Assembly (NCBI RefSeq): GCF_009914755.1
Contig: NC_060945.1
From: the human T2T-CHM13v2.0 reference genome, Homo sapiens
Reading direction: 5' to 3' (one strand)
DNA: 64,000 bases
In this document: positions 1 to 15,313 of the stretch, piece by piece
How positions within the stretch are numbered: the first letter of the stretch is position 1
Layout of the letters: every line of letters starts with the position of its first letter
The notes under the pieces: generated by a model
The model's database searches: none
What the model saw: only the letters and a program-made list of their open reading frames with translations
Told to the model about the DNA's origin: nothing
Program-made: the position numbers and the translations under genes

Positions 1-272
1 AATAGAAAGAATGAATAAGACCTACTATTTGATAGTCCAACAGGGTGAGTATAGTTAATACCAACTTAATTGTACATTTTAAAATAACTTAAAAAGTGTA
101 ATTGGATTGTGACTCAAAGGATAAATGCTTGAGGGAATGAATACCCCATTTTCTTGAAGTGCTTTTTTCACATTGCATGCCTGTATCAAAACATCTCATG
201 TACCCCACAAATACATACACCTACTATGTACCCCAAAACTTAAAAATTTAAAAATTAAAAATTAAAAAAAAT
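1..272 (+). mobile_element. L1 3' UTR end (L1MA-type) with A-rich tail
   Basis: Typical L1MA 3' motifs (aatgaataagacctactatttgatag; catgtaccccacaaatacatacacctactatgtaccc) followed by an A-rich tail. Confidence 0.8.
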
Positions 273-835
273 CTAGAAACTTAACACTATTCTCACTGTA
301 AAATAAATGATTAAGATAGTAAATAAATATTTTCAGAGTTCATCTTCAATGATAATGGGTTAAAGTTTTAATAACTGTAACTCACTAACTACGATGTGTT
401 CCTAATTGTTTTTATTTTATTATTGGGCACAATTTTATACTACAATCCAGGACAGCTTCAAATAGTGATAGAATTATATTATTTCACATAAATGCTACTG
501 GGAAAAAAATTATGCCTTTTATATGAAATTTCTCATATTCTACTGGTTTCTGATGCTAATAACCCTTCCTTGCTTTGAGGAAGATATTGAACTGTTGAAC
601 TGTGCATATGAATACAGCACAAAATAGCTTTGCATAATGTGATATCCTTCAAAAACAACAGAATTCACACTGGTTAAAAACAGAGCTATTTTAAACTAGT
701 GACTATTGTTATCTGTCATCCAAAGCATTTTATGTACATGTAAAATAATATATGCAATTTTTAAAACTGTTCAGATCAATTTCAGATATACATATAAGCG
801 TATCTATTTTCCTTAGAAATGTTTTCTAATATCTA

Positions 836-1174
836 GGTCGGGTGCGGTGGCTCACGCCTGTAATCCTAGCACTTTGGGAGGCCGAGGCAGGTGGATCACG
901 AGGTCAGGAGATGGAGACCATCATGGCTAACAGGGTGAAACCCCGTCTCTAGTAAAAATACAAAAAAAAAAAAAAAAAGGAGAGAAAAGAAAAAAAATTA
1001 GCCAGGCGTGGTGGCGGGTGCCTGTAGTCCCAGCTACTCCGGAGGCTGAAGCAGAATGGCGTGAACGCGGGAGGCGGAGGTTGCAGTGAGCTGAGATCCT
1101 GCCACTGCACTCCAGCCTGGGAGACAGAGAGAGCGAGACTCTGTCTCAAAAAAAAAAAAAAAAAAAAAAAAAAA
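836..1174 (+). mobile_element. AluY-like, full length, expanded A-rich linker
   Basis: Alu consensus with a long poly(A) tail. Imperfect ~20-nt TSD agaaa(tg/c)ttttctaatatc at 815-835 and 1174-1193. Confidence 0.95.
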
Positions 1175-1761
1175 GAAACTTTTCTAATATCCAATATAAT
1201 TTCAAGATAATTTTTCTCTATTTTATTGAGTTAGTTGTCACTAACTTTTAATTATTAGTTTATTTTAAATTTCTAGGCAATTTATTTTAGTGATAACTCA
1301 AATATTATTGGCGATATTTCCATTAAAATATAATTGATGTACAGTAGTAGGGCTATCCAAAAATAAATCAACAGCTTAAACTTTTCATAGAAATTTGGCA
1401 TTTTCTTAAGATGCACTTGTGTTTACAAATTGGAAACCCTGACCTCTTTATTTAATTAATGTTGTGTACTTAATTGTAATATTTAAATGTATATAATAAA
1501 GCTTAAGACAAACCAAAGCTCTTTCCACAGAATATGAAATAGCCATAAGTCAAAATTTTGAATTATCTTGTACATACTAAGCAATATATTGTTTTTATTA
1601 AAAACTTTTCTTTATTAAATTAAACCATGCTTTTTTTCAAAGCCTTGATCTGAGATATATGTGAGATTGTATGTTCAAAGTGTTTTAACATAATTTTGTC
1701 ACATAACAAACACCTACTAAATATTGCCACTTTATATAAACATCTCTCATCTATTTATTCA

Positions 1762-2061
1762 TTTGTTTGTTTCTGTTTTGTTTTGTTTTGTTTTGTTAGA
1801 CAGAGTCTAGCTCTGTTGCCCAAGCCAGAGTGCAGTGGCACGATCTCGGCTCACTGGAACCTCTCCCTACCAGGTTCCAGTGATTCTCCCGCCTCAGCCT
1901 CTGGAGTTGCTAGGATTACAGGCACACGCCATCACGCCCGGCTAATTTTTTTATTATTATTACTAGAGACAGGGTTTCACCATATAGGCCAGGCTGGTCT
2001 TGAATACCTGACTTCAGGTGATCCTCCCACCTCAGCCTCCTCAAATGCTGGGATTGCAGGC
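1762..2061 (-). mobile_element. AluS
   Basis: Reverse-complement Alu with (GTTTT)n tail. Confidence 0.9.
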
Positions 2062-2109
2062 TCTCATCTGTTTTTGAATCAAAGTTGTTTGGTTGTTATT
2101 GTTTCCTTG

Positions 2110-2452
2110 TTTTTTTGAGAAAGGGTCTTGCTTTGTCACACAGGCTGGAGTGCAGAGGTGCAATCACAGCTCATTCAAGCTTCAGCCCCCCAGTCTCAAG
2201 CATCCTCCCACCTCAGCCTCCTGAGTAGCAGGACTACAGGCACATGCCACCATGACTAGCTAAATTTTTGTAGGTTTCTATTTTACTTTATTTTATTTGG
2301 CTGTTGTTGTTGGTGGTGGTGGTGGTGGTGTTTTGTAAAGACAGGGTTTTGTCATGTTGTTCAGGATGGTCATGAACTCCTGGACTCAAGCAGTCCACCT
2401 GCCTCAGACTCCCAGAGGGCTGGGATTACAGACATGAGCCACCTTGCCTGGC
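2110..2452 (-). mobile_element. AluJ-like with (GTT)/(GGT) expansion in the linker
   Basis: Diverged reverse-complement Alu with J-type features. Confidence 0.85.
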
Positions 2453-2735
2453 TCCAAATTTATTTAGATCGTCTCTTATTATCATTCTTCTTGATCAATA
2501 AATGTTAGTATACATAGAAATCACAGATATTGATGAATTATAATGGGAAGTCATGGAAAGTGTCACACAATTAAAGCTTAATTCTGACTTTCTTGCTTTT
2601 GGTGTGTCATTGACCATGTTAGTTCTCATCTCTGATTTCAGTTTCTGCATGTACAAATCAAGATATAAGACCTACCTGAAAAAGGGTTCTGAAGATGAAA
2701 TGAGATTACATGTAACAATATCTCAGACACAAGCC

Positions 2736-2807
2736 CAACAACTTGAAAGTGTTTTTCTAGTTATACATTTAGAAGAATGTATAACTAGAAAAACACTTTC
2801 AAGTTGT

Positions 2808-2809
<2 letters not shown>
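2736..2809. repeat. Perfect 34-bp inverted repeat with 6-nt spacer
   Basis: caacaacttgaaagtgtttttctagttatacatt (2736-2769) / tagaag / exact reverse complement (2776-2809), checked base by base. Confidence 0.97.
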
Positions 2810-3203
<394 letters not shown>

Positions 3204-4338
3204 TGAATATGTTAACTCCGTTTCAATGACTGCTGTCACACAAGAGACTAGATAAAAATTTTTAAAGCATAGTCCTATGTACTTTATGATGGAATACCAT
3301 CTAAAAAATGACTGAGTCTTCTACCCTTAGTTGTCAGAGATTGTGCTTCCGTATAGCCACAAAGTTTACTCTAAAATAATCTCTAGCAATATTAATTCAG
3401 TGATTCATATATCAGGTTTTACCACACTAAATTCCAGATCTTGTGACTGTATATCTTATTCCTTTTGGAAGTTGACAATGTCGGAAGTCTGCATTTGGCT
3501 CTTGTCATAACCACCTTATGTTTGCCTTCAATCGCCATCCATACAGGCGAGTGCACATAAGGTCTCTCACGTCCTATGCTAGATGAAGATAGATTCTCAG
3601 GCCACTCTTAAGTGATGAAGGCTAGTCTCTACCTATGAGGCACAAAATCAGAATAGAAATATAGATTTCTTATATCATCATCTTTTTCTTCCCTTTCTCT
3701 CACATCTGTCTTGCCTAACTCCTTCAAATTTTTCCTCTGTGGGAAGTGAGTCAGTTTTTTCCTTCTTTGGGCCATTATACACCTTTCACATTTTATAGCA
3801 GTATATATTGATTTGGAAAAGATTCTTCAACATTCTAAGAAGTACCTAAATAGGGCATTAAGGTAGGAAAAAAAGAACATATTGTGCTCCACAAAACAAG
3901 TTATTGAAGAATGCTTTGTTCTTCATCTATTTTTCAAACTATGTTTTTATATCATATGATAAAACTGGGTGTTTTTAGAACATTTGTCTAAAAATGCTAT
4001 GTTACTTGTCAATTTTAGTATTAAATTGAAGTAAAAAGTTCTACCGAGGGAGTGATTTTGCCTCTAGAATTCTTACAAAATGATAAACATAACAGTAAGT
4101 AATTTTATGTATATGAATATAATGTTTTATATCATAAATATAAAGTGCTTATTATATCATCTAGCAGATGACATCTCCCTTGTATCATTTATCATCTCTT
4201 AAGAAACAGAATCTATAATTACTTTATTCCTGTTATACTTCTCCTACGTAGTATAGACCTACATCCACTAGAAATTAATCCCACTGTACATTGAATAAGT
4301 ATCTGAAATGTACAGCAATAAATTATAACTATCTTAAG

Positions 4339-4636
4339 GCAGCATTTCTCAACTTCAGTCATTTGATAACCAGCTTCATCTCTTTTCTGTATTCATGTGC
4401 TGCCTGAACTGTTACATGTCCTCTTTCTTCTTTAAATTGAATTGTTTTTATTTATTCTTATCTGTACCCAAATGATCAGTGAAATTAAAAGTATGATACA
4501 TATGCCAGTTATATTTTTAAATGCACATTAAAATTAATACAAAATATACAGTACAATTGTTTTTCAAAATATTACCTAACCTCAGCGTATCCACCCTCCC
4601 CCAGTGGTTCACAGATCACATTTTTAGAAATTCTGC
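4339..4636. mobile_element. Possible old hAT-Charlie-type DNA transposon remnant
   Basis: Ends resemble hAT TIRs (cagcatttctcaac ... tttagaaattctgc). Highly diverged. Confidence 0.35.
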
Positions 4637-5184
4637 TTTTGTGTCCAAACATATTTTGAATTAATGTGATACAAAATTTAGCTATGAAATATTGAGTGGG
4701 ACATGTTTAAAGATGTTGTAATTAGGATAGAACCTGTTTTCCATCCTCCTGTTTGTGGGTCCATGCACTTTTCTCCAGTAAATAATATGCTTCACTTCAC
4801 TAATGGGCACTGAGTTTATTCACAAATCATTGTAAAAGAAACTCATTTAATTCCAGTCCTTAGCACTAAATGATTCTTTTAGGATGAGACCAATAAACTG
4901 AATAAATAAAACAGCGGGATAAGCTTTAAAAGCAATTTCTTCCCTTTTTTCTGCTAAAGTGAAATAATAAAATGCTGGCCTTGGTCTTAGCCTAGATCAC
5001 CTGCATAATTTGTAGTCAAAATAGTAGTATTTTTTGTGATTTTGCATTTATTGAGAAAATGTGTCTTTCTGTGTTAAATAAAATAAACTGATTCAACTTT
5101 AATTTTTGTACTGTGAGTCCAGTTTTACCTTCTCTTCCTTCCAATAAATAGATGTATTAAAACTGAAATTTAAGATTATTTCGT

Positions 5185-5941
<757 letters not shown>

Positions 5942-6743
5942 TTAATTTTAATTCAAAGTAGGGATAGTCACCTTTAACAATTAATTTCGCATCAACACAC
6001 ACAAATACACATAAATTGTAGTTTTACCAAAGTGGTCCTTGCTGTTTCCGTAGTGTAGAAATAGTATTTCCTCCACGAATTTAGACACAATGATCTGAAG
6101 AATACATACTTAAAATATTTTGCAGACTAAAGTACCAATTCAAAAGGAATTTCTCTCAGGAATAAAGATAGGCAGTTCCTTAAATACAACTACATGAATA
6201 AAATATGATGCTTTTAAACTTATAACAATTTAAATATCTCACCACGTAAATATTTCTTACAACACTGCTGCATTCATTATTATATTATTGTTTTATTCTC
6301 AGTTATATTATTCTTTATTATATACTTACAAATATTTTATTGCAATTTAATATTGTCATTTATGGTTCGCGGTTCCTACTGTGGATTTAAGCAAACTTTA
6401 TATTTTAAAAATTATTTATTTAAGCCAGGTTTATTGGAAGACAGAAAACAATGGAGTGAACTTTTCACAATACAAAATTCTTAGATTATTTTTATTTATA
6501 AAATGTGAAGATTACATTACATTTTTTGTTTCTTTTTTTATTCTTAAGAAAATGTAACTTCTGGAAAATAAATTTTATAAAATATAAGCAGTGACTTAAT
6601 CAGTCATAGTAATTTATGTAACTAACATTTCCTTTATTACTAACCCCAATTCACTTAACAACTATCAACAAATAATGAAGACTTTTATATTGGCATGTGC
6701 TAATCTAGACACAAGGAGTGTAGCGCTAAAAATATAAGTTTCT

Positions 6744-7050
6744 CCAGGCACAGTGGCTCACGCCTGTAATCCCAGCACTTTGGGAGGCCAAGGAGGCTGG
6801 ATCATCTGAGGTCGGGAGTTCGAGACAAACGTGGCCAACATGGAGAAATCCCATCTCTACTAAAAATACAAAATTAGCAGGGCGTGGTGGCACATGCCTG
6901 TAATCCCAGCTACTCCGAAGGCTGAGGCAGGAGAATCGCTTGAATCCCGGAGGCGGAGGTTGCAGGAGCCAAGATCGCGCCATTGCACTCCAGCCTGGGA
7001 AACAAGAGCGAAACTCCATCAATAAATAAATAAATAAATAAATAAATAAA
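6744..7050 (+). mobile_element. AluSp-like with (AAAT)n tail
   Basis: ggtcgggagttcgag and catggagaaa diagnostic motifs. Confidence 0.9.
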
Positions 7051-10000
7051 TGTTTCTTGCTTCATGGTCCATGCAATTTAAGAGGGGAGATGAAACTAAA
7101 CTACATTTAAAATTAGTAGTCATTTTTTATGAATATACACTTTTGAAATATGCAGTTTTCATATACAAAATACCAGTTTTGAGTATACAAGTGGGCTTTC
7201 ACAAGGTCACAAATATAGCTTTGGCATATTTCTTTACACTTACACAGGCCCGTTCAATGCGTATGCCTCACAGTCCTCTTTTTCAGTGTATTTTGCAAAC
7301 TCTATCACCAAAATATCTCCTCGTAATTTGTTTCAGGCTGACAAAAATTACTTAGACTTTGATTATAAAAAATACAAAACTTAAAAAATGTGTAACGGTA
7401 TACTTAATTGGAAGCATCTTTATATTATAGGGGGCATTTTAAGATTTTGAACTTCCTTTTTTCACCTCAAATAGAAATCACCAAAAGGAAACCAACAAAT
7501 CCATAATTATTGATTTAAAATATGGAGCCTGTAGCATTTCAAATATCTGCACTTTTAAAAAAAGCTCTGGTGAAATGAAAAACTAAAATATAAAAAAGTG
7601 GCATATTTATAGCATTGTCTTTAAGATTGAAAGACAGTATGTAAGTCTTTTTTTTATACATCCTTGTGAGTAGTTATACTTCTGGGTAAATTTTTTACAA
7701 CTTTATTTTTATTACTTTTATGAGGAATTTTATTTCTACCTTTTTACCAAACCCTGAAGGTGCATTCTGGGATGCAATTATAGACAATTCTTAGTGTTTG
7801 ATTCTAAGACAAATAAAAAAACAAATAATACAGAACAAAAAGCGAAGAACAAATGTCAAAGAGAGAAGTTTAATATAAAAATCAAATAAATAAACTTAAT
7901 AAAATACTTTAGCAAATAATTGAAGGAACAATAATATGTTTGTTCAGATATTTTAGTCATACATACAGCCGAACTAGACACATTGCTTACTTACTGTGCA
8001 TGGTAGTACATCAACAGGGTTGTAATTACGAAAACGCATAGAATTTGCAACAGAGATTATAGATAATAGCATGCATTACATTCCAAACAAGAGAATGTCT
8101 ATTCCCTTGAATTTCTCTAGCGTAATCTGCAAGATCATCAATGTCTAAGAGAAAATATTTTCATTCGATGTGATGTTGCCATAGAGGATCTCAAATAATC
8201 TATATTTCCCTGATATTCTGTCTTGTTTAGGATTTAGATCTGTGAGTTAGTATTCAGCGTAGTGGGACTAACTCACTTTTGTACGTAAGAATCACATAAG
8301 GAGCTGTATACAAGTAAACCTGACTGAGCCTCACTCCCTAAGATATAACTGCACCTACCTTTCAGATCTTTTGATACACTAACTTTCAGTGGGGATTAAA
8401 GAGTTTCATTTTGAAAATGTCCAGAAATGGTTCTTGTGTATATGCCCTATAGAGATCCTGTCTTTGAAATTACTTTATTTATTCTATCACAGACACACAC
8501 ACATACACTCAACATACAAAAATACACGCACATCCACTTTCATGAAACATTTGTTACTTAGAAAAATTATTACGGTTTTGATATTAAATACAACTACATA
8601 TAGAATAAGTTACATAAAACAAATTAGTTCATATGACTCATGTCTTCCTAATCATGATAGTTTTGGCATTCCAAGTTTATATAAAATAGAGCTTAATGAA
8701 CTAGTATTATGTGGTAGTTTTAACACTGATTTATCTGCTCTGTGATAGCAGGTAAATTGTTATAACTTTTTCTGGTACAAGTCTACCATTTATAAATAAG
8801 TTTCCTTCAATCTGCAACATCCCCTTATTCTGTAAGTCTTCCAGTTGGCTCGGTAAATATTACAAATTTTTAGATAGTTTTTAATTCATATAAATTAGAT
8901 ATTTACTAACTTTTTAGTTGATGATTTTCTAATAACATTGTATAGTGAGGGAGTGTTTCTTCAATTTTCTTCTGTTTAGCTTTCCATATAAATCAATTAG
9001 TAAGGAAAGCCAAGGTTATTTGGATAATGTCTTTAAATTGAAAACAAAAGTCAACTTCTGATTGTAGAGAAGAATGCTGAACAACATACCACCAGTTCCT
9101 GGCACCTGTAGATTTTCACGCTGTGTGTGTGTTTTTCTTTTTTCTTTTTTCAACAGAGATAATGGACTTTTCTGAAGGATTTTTTATTTGAATGACATTT
9201 TAAAGATCTACCTAATGCATTTTTTCATACTAGTGCCCCAAGAGCAATAATATAGGTCCCTGCTGGGCAGTAGGCAAAATGGATACTTCTATTCCCCATC
9301 TGATGTAGGTGGTAGAATATAATTAGGCCTGTTAGAAATCTTCCTTGATGCTTCTGAGCTTGCTGAGAGGTGGATTTTCAATCATTTACAACTTTCTGAA
9401 ATCTTTTTCTGCACACAGCTTGAATAAAGATTTTCAGAAAAGTCTAGTCATATGTTGAAAATGTCATTTTAAAAATTGTTTTTGAAATAATTCTAGATAA
9501 TATTTTTAAATTGAATATGTCTTTTTAAAAGCATCATTTACTAATGAACTATTATTTTGAAGTCTATAATAAGACCTTTCACTTAAAAAAACTGTCGTCA
9601 GTTTTATAAGATAATGTGATAGTAGTTTACAATTTTATGATAGTTGTTTGGGGGAAAATGTTATTTATATACTAAAAGTGATTTTAATAAGGCTTTGCAG
9701 CAAAACATATATTATTTTCTTCTTATAAATACCATATTCTACATACAGAATTCAGTTAGCATTTACATCTGCTTATGAAGTAGTCGACTACTACACTTGA
9801 AGAAAATATAAAATCGTATCACTATAAAGAAGTCTAAATATATCAGTGAATATTAATAGACTTAACAAAAACAACAAATTTCTAGTAATGTAATTTGAGT
9901 TAGGTATGTGGTATTCTAGTGAATAATGTTAAATTGTTTAAACAACAAGATTAAATAAATTTGAATGAATGTATGTACAGCAATGCATTTTGGTTCAATT

Positions 10001-11329
10001 TTTAAAAATATATAGAAAAACAATTTGAATAAATTATATACAAGTAAGTATAGTATCTATGAAAATATCTGAGCAAACATTTTAATAAAAATTGCAGCAA
10101 AAGAATACATTTGATGAATTTCATTGTTGAGCTTAAGCATGCAACAAAAACCAGTGCGTAAGATAATACTGCTTTCACAATAATTAATTAATAAGATGGA
10201 ATCCATTATAACAAAAATTGCCTTAACACAGAAGTTGCAATGGATTCATTTCTCTTGACTCAGGGATTGACATAATACATTTAAAAAAGATATATTCAAT
10301 GAACATATTCATTTATAAGATCAACCGTATGTTTAGTAGCTGTGTTTATAGAGGGTGAAAAACTCTTAGGTAAGAATCTTTCTTCGCTATGATATTATAT
10401 TGTCATGATCTATCTCTTATGATAGCATCAATGCTTCTGTTTTGTAATCCACAAAGTTTTTGTCTGACTATCTAAGTCTTTCTTTCTCAGAAGTTACATG
10501 ATTTTTAGATTGACAATAATATATCTACTTATAAGATAATGTATTTCATACTCTTTCAAATAAGTACGAATAGTAAAATTCTAGTATGCATAAATCCTAC
10601 CATTTTACCCCTGGTTCATAGCGCTTACCTTGTCCACTCCTTTCAATCATCAACTTATATTTTACTGTCTATTACAATAATCAGTGCATTATGTATATGC
10701 CAGTCTTTTTTTTTTCGCTTAAAGAAACATTTCTGGCAAAACACAAGTCATGGTTTAATTTACTTTTCTCCTCTTTCTCCACATGCAGTAGCACAGCTGA
10801 ATATAGCTGAAGAAAATCCCACAGTAATTTTAAGTGGTCTGTATTTAAAATTATGTTCCAGAACATAACGTAAATTCTTTCTGCTGCCTAGAACTCATCC
10901 TACCTTTTCTTGGTTCATTTTCTTGACCACTGTTTTAGATAACTACTTCATAAATTTTTATCTATTCTCAAATTTACAAAACTCCTCTATCATCAAAAAG
11001 CTCAGCTGATGATTCACTTCCTCTTTTACTAATTAGTTGGAAACAGAAGAAAATCTTAATAAATCCTGACTACTACACCTGCACACATACCCAGTGGAAC
11101 CTGTATGTTACCATGAATGAAATATCTGAGTTTTCATGTGGAGTCTGGATTTCATCCACTCTAACATCAGTCCAGTAATTCATCTCCCTATATATAATCA
11201 TACCTCATTGATCATTACCATAACTTTTAAAGCTATTCTTATTTCTCTTGATACACACACACACACAAACACACACACATCCTTCATACGTATGTGTATA
11301 TTTATGTGTGTGCCTGTTCTTCCAATTAT

Positions 11330-12210
11330 CTCTTGAACATACTCCAGTTAGATTTTACCACTCCACTGAAACTCTCTGGCAAGCTTACCAATAACCTTCA
11401 CTTTATGAAACCTAATGGTTTACCTAGTTAAACAACCTCTTCTGTTTGTACCATGTTTTTTTTGGCTTCTAGTGAACTCTCTTGGTTTTTTTCTTACTAT
11501 GCTGTTCACTTCCTCAATCTCTTTTGATCATTCTTTGTCTTCTAATTGACATCTAAATAATTGGGCACCCTAGTCTGCCATTTTTTCTTGGATTTCTCTA
11601 ATGATGCTGAGTCCTTGGTGATTTCATCTAGTCTTACGGCTTTAATGATCAATTGGATTCTGTAATCTCCAAATTTCAACTGTGGACCTCTCTACTGAAC
11701 TCCAGTCTTCTATGTCCAATGACTTACCAGACAGCTTCACTTGGATATTAAATAAATCTTTCAAAGTTAAAATATTCAGTTCAATACTGTACTTCTTTTT
11801 CCCCTTGATTTGCTTCTCCCTCAATCATCCCATTCTCATTAAGTGGTGTCTTTTTCTGTTTAGGAAAATGCTTGAAAACATCTTTGGCTTTTATTTATTT
11901 TTATTCTGGCTAGAAATACATTTTTTAACTGTTACTTTTGGTTCAGACATACACGTACAGGTTTGTTATATAGGTAAATTGTACATTGTGGGGTATTGAA
12001 GCACAGATTATAGAAATTCATATTTTTAGCAAATTTTATTAGCCCTACTTTAAATATATCCATAATTCAATTACTTTTCAACAACCAGCTGTTACTGCCT
12101 TGGCCGAAACCATCGTTACTTGCCTGCGTTATTTCAGTAACTTTTTTTTTTTTGGATGGGTTACAGACCAGCGTTTGCTTTATTTGAACAGAGTTTGAAC
12201 ACAACAGTGA
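11330..12210 (+). mobile_element. L2 fragments, interrupted by a short minus-strand L1 3' end (~11920-12010)
   Basis: L2-like motifs ccactccactgaaact...ccaataaccttca and ctgaactccagtc...ttcacttggatat. Confidence 0.6.
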
Positions 12211-12417
12211 GTTCTTAATGCATCCACCCTTGTGCCTGTTATTTTCATTAAAATGGTTAGATTGATTCACCTGAAACAAGCCATATAATATAAATGTTCT
12301 GTTCAAAAGCCTTTAATAGTCTCATATAATTTGGAATTCTCTGCTCTTATTTAATGGCTTTACATGATAGACCACTTTTCCATTTGCTGTGACAACCTGC
12401 TTTTCCTCATATTCTAC

Positions 12418-12581
12418 TTTTTTTTTTTTTAAACCTGAAACAGGGTCTTGCTCTTTCACCCAGGCTGAGTACAGTGCTGCAATCAAGGCTCACGGAAGCC
12501 TTGAACTCCTGGGTCAACCAATCCTCCCACCTCAGCCTTCTGGGTAGCTGGGACTACAGGCACATGCCACCATGCCCAGCT
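12418..12581 (-). mobile_element. FRAM/AluJ right monomer
   Basis: Single diverged Alu arm with T-tail. Confidence 0.85.
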
Positions 12582-14616
12582 TATCCTACTCTTAAGATCA
12601 ATTAATGAATCAATGAAATTTCATGTTTCCTCCATAAATCCTAGGGCATTGCAAACTCTTCAGTGGTAATTTATCCATTTAGAAGACTGCAAATTGCAAG
12701 TCTTAAATTCAGTAAAAACTATTTCAAAACTTTAATATGCTTACTGAAGTTTCTAATTATTTTTTGTATTTTCTGAGAGAGTGCTTGAACTGTCAAACTG
12801 AAATCTATATGATAGACTATTGATTTTTAACAGGTAATAACTATGAATATGTTTAGGTTAATTGTTGGATTCTTTAGATAAAAACTAAGGATAAAGTTCA
12901 GTCCACTGTCATTCAACTTACAAAATGAAAAGTCAATGTACGTGACACACTATAGTTGATTTTCTATATGGATATTTGCATTTAATTCCGAAGTTCACTA
13001 TACCCAGTAGAGTGACAAGAGCTTTGATAATACTGGAACCAAAATTTAAAACAAAACACAAATTTATATTAAATTTTTAGTAGCATATTCATTGATAAAC
13101 ATATGAATAAATAGATGTAATTTTTGATTGATTAGTGAATAATTTGTTTATAAACTAGAATCTCTTTTGGGGCCAAATGATAGAGAAAGTGATAATTAAC
13201 ATATCATACACAAGTTTATAGAAGCAAGAGATTAAAGAGCAATGAAACTGCATGCTTTTATTGTGTGTATTATAGAGAACATTTTGGAGATTTATTGTGA
13301 CATAACTACCTCTTTCTATGTTACTGGAAACATGGCTAGCTTTGTTTAGATCAGCATCATAAGTTGTCATATTGCAGATATTACCACTAGGTAGAATACT
13401 TTTTAAATACCCACTCATACAATTTGCCTCAATTTTCCCTGTACTATAAATACTCAACACTTTTCATACCTGCATATCCCAACACAGTATTACAAGCTGG
13501 AAAAAGGCTGTTTCTCATCATTTTTATATCTTAGCAAAGATACATATAATTTTCTAGACCATTTCTGCTTCGTGGGTCTTTAGCTCCCCTGTCACCAGAC
13601 TTACCTTTAATGAAAATATCCATAGTGTTTTATTAATCATCTGGTGATTGATATACGTTAAAGATTCATCACAGTCTGACACATGATTTTCTTTGATTTT
13701 TTATAGAAAAGGTATCATATAGAAAATATACTATTCCTGGTACTGTTTTAATTATTTTTTTTACAAAATCCATACTCTATCAATGGTTTATGGTTGTTGC
13801 AGCATTGTATATTTTATCCCACACTGGGAAGGTGTTTTAATAAGACTCCTGATTTTGCTTAAAAAGCGTAACATTTTATCAACATTTCCAACTCTGTTTC
13901 TCCTATACATTATTTTATCTTAATAACTTCTGTTAGATCCTCTCTGAAGAGTTTCTTATCTTTTAATTGAAGGCTTCTAACAATCACAAAAAGCTTGATT
14001 TGTATATAGAGTGTTTGTATAAATTACCTGTTCTTCATGGAGGGTTGCTTTACACTAAGACAACAAAAAGCAAAATCAAAACTGAAAAGCAACTCAGTGG
14101 AGTTCATCTATTTGTTATCCACACTTTTAGTTTTTAGCCACTCATCTCTTAGAGATAGGTTGTTTCTATGTCTCTATAACAAAAATAATTTGATGAAATT
14201 GCGGTTTTCAGATTTTAATTTTTTTAGTATTTTGATGTTTCTTTCATGTTCTGTATAAAATATTTCCAATAAATATAGGCATATTTATTTAAATATAAAT
14301 CTGTTATCAATTATACATGAGTTAACAAGACAGCCTGAGGATCTTTCAAAGCTCACAATATAGATATATTTTACCCTTCTTGAACTTCTCACCCAATGTG
14401 TAGTTATAAGGCATCATGACAAATAAAGCATATGAACCATTCAGCATGTCTCCATATTCAAAATAAAACATATATTTGCTATAATAATATCAGCACATAC
14501 AACAGTAATTATACATATAGACTATATAAGATTTCTTATACATCTAATGACATAGGTATGTTAACATGTATTTAGCATAATGTGATTGTTTAAAAAGAAA
14601 ATGTATGTGTAGCCTG

Positions 14617-14713
14617 TATATATACATATATACACATATATATACATGTATATGTATACGTATACATAAATATGTACATATACATATACACATACATCTA
14701 TATATGTATATAT
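14617..14713. repeat. TA/CA-rich microsatellite
   Basis: Degenerate (TATACA)n. Confidence 0.9.
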
Positions 14714-14899
14714 TGCCAGATACTTTTAATTTTATGGTATCAGTCCAATAAAATTAATACTTTGAATAAGGATGTGTTCTATAACATAAGAAATCTCATA
14801 TTGGTGACAAAATGTGGTCACTAGATGTCACTGACATTAACTATGGAACTAGTGACAATTTAAAATACTTTTTAGAACTTCCATAATGGATGAAGTGGG

Positions 14900-15258
14900 G
14901 CCTGATTTGCACAATGAACTTAAAAATCCTCAGCAACAACAAAACAAAATGTACAATGTGATGGGCAGCACATTGATCCCCAAGAGAAGAGAAGCATGTG
15001 ATGTAAGCTCCATTATTGCTCAAGCCTACTGCCTGGAGAGAGATTTCAGGCGGGAGCACAGGGATGAATGCTTCAATTGTTTTCCCTGTTAGGAGACAGT
15101 GTTCTGAGTTTGGGTGACAACGTGTGCTGGAATTCGCACAGTGGGGTAGCTGAAAGGGCAGAGCCCTGTGGAGATGACAGAATTTCACACACACACAGAG
15201 AAATACCTCCGGAGATCTTCAGTGCTTTCCGTTGGAGATTTGAGCTAATTATTGCTTA

Positions 15259-15313
<55 letters not shown>

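Noticed and set aside
13220-13575. Short matches to the recalled NCAM1 VASE microexon (agaagcaagag ~13220; gcttcgtgg ~13567) in the homologous Ig4-splitting intron
   Set aside because: Only 9-11 nt, in the wrong order, ~340 nt apart and without splice sites. Consistent with chance, so no VASE-like exon is supported.
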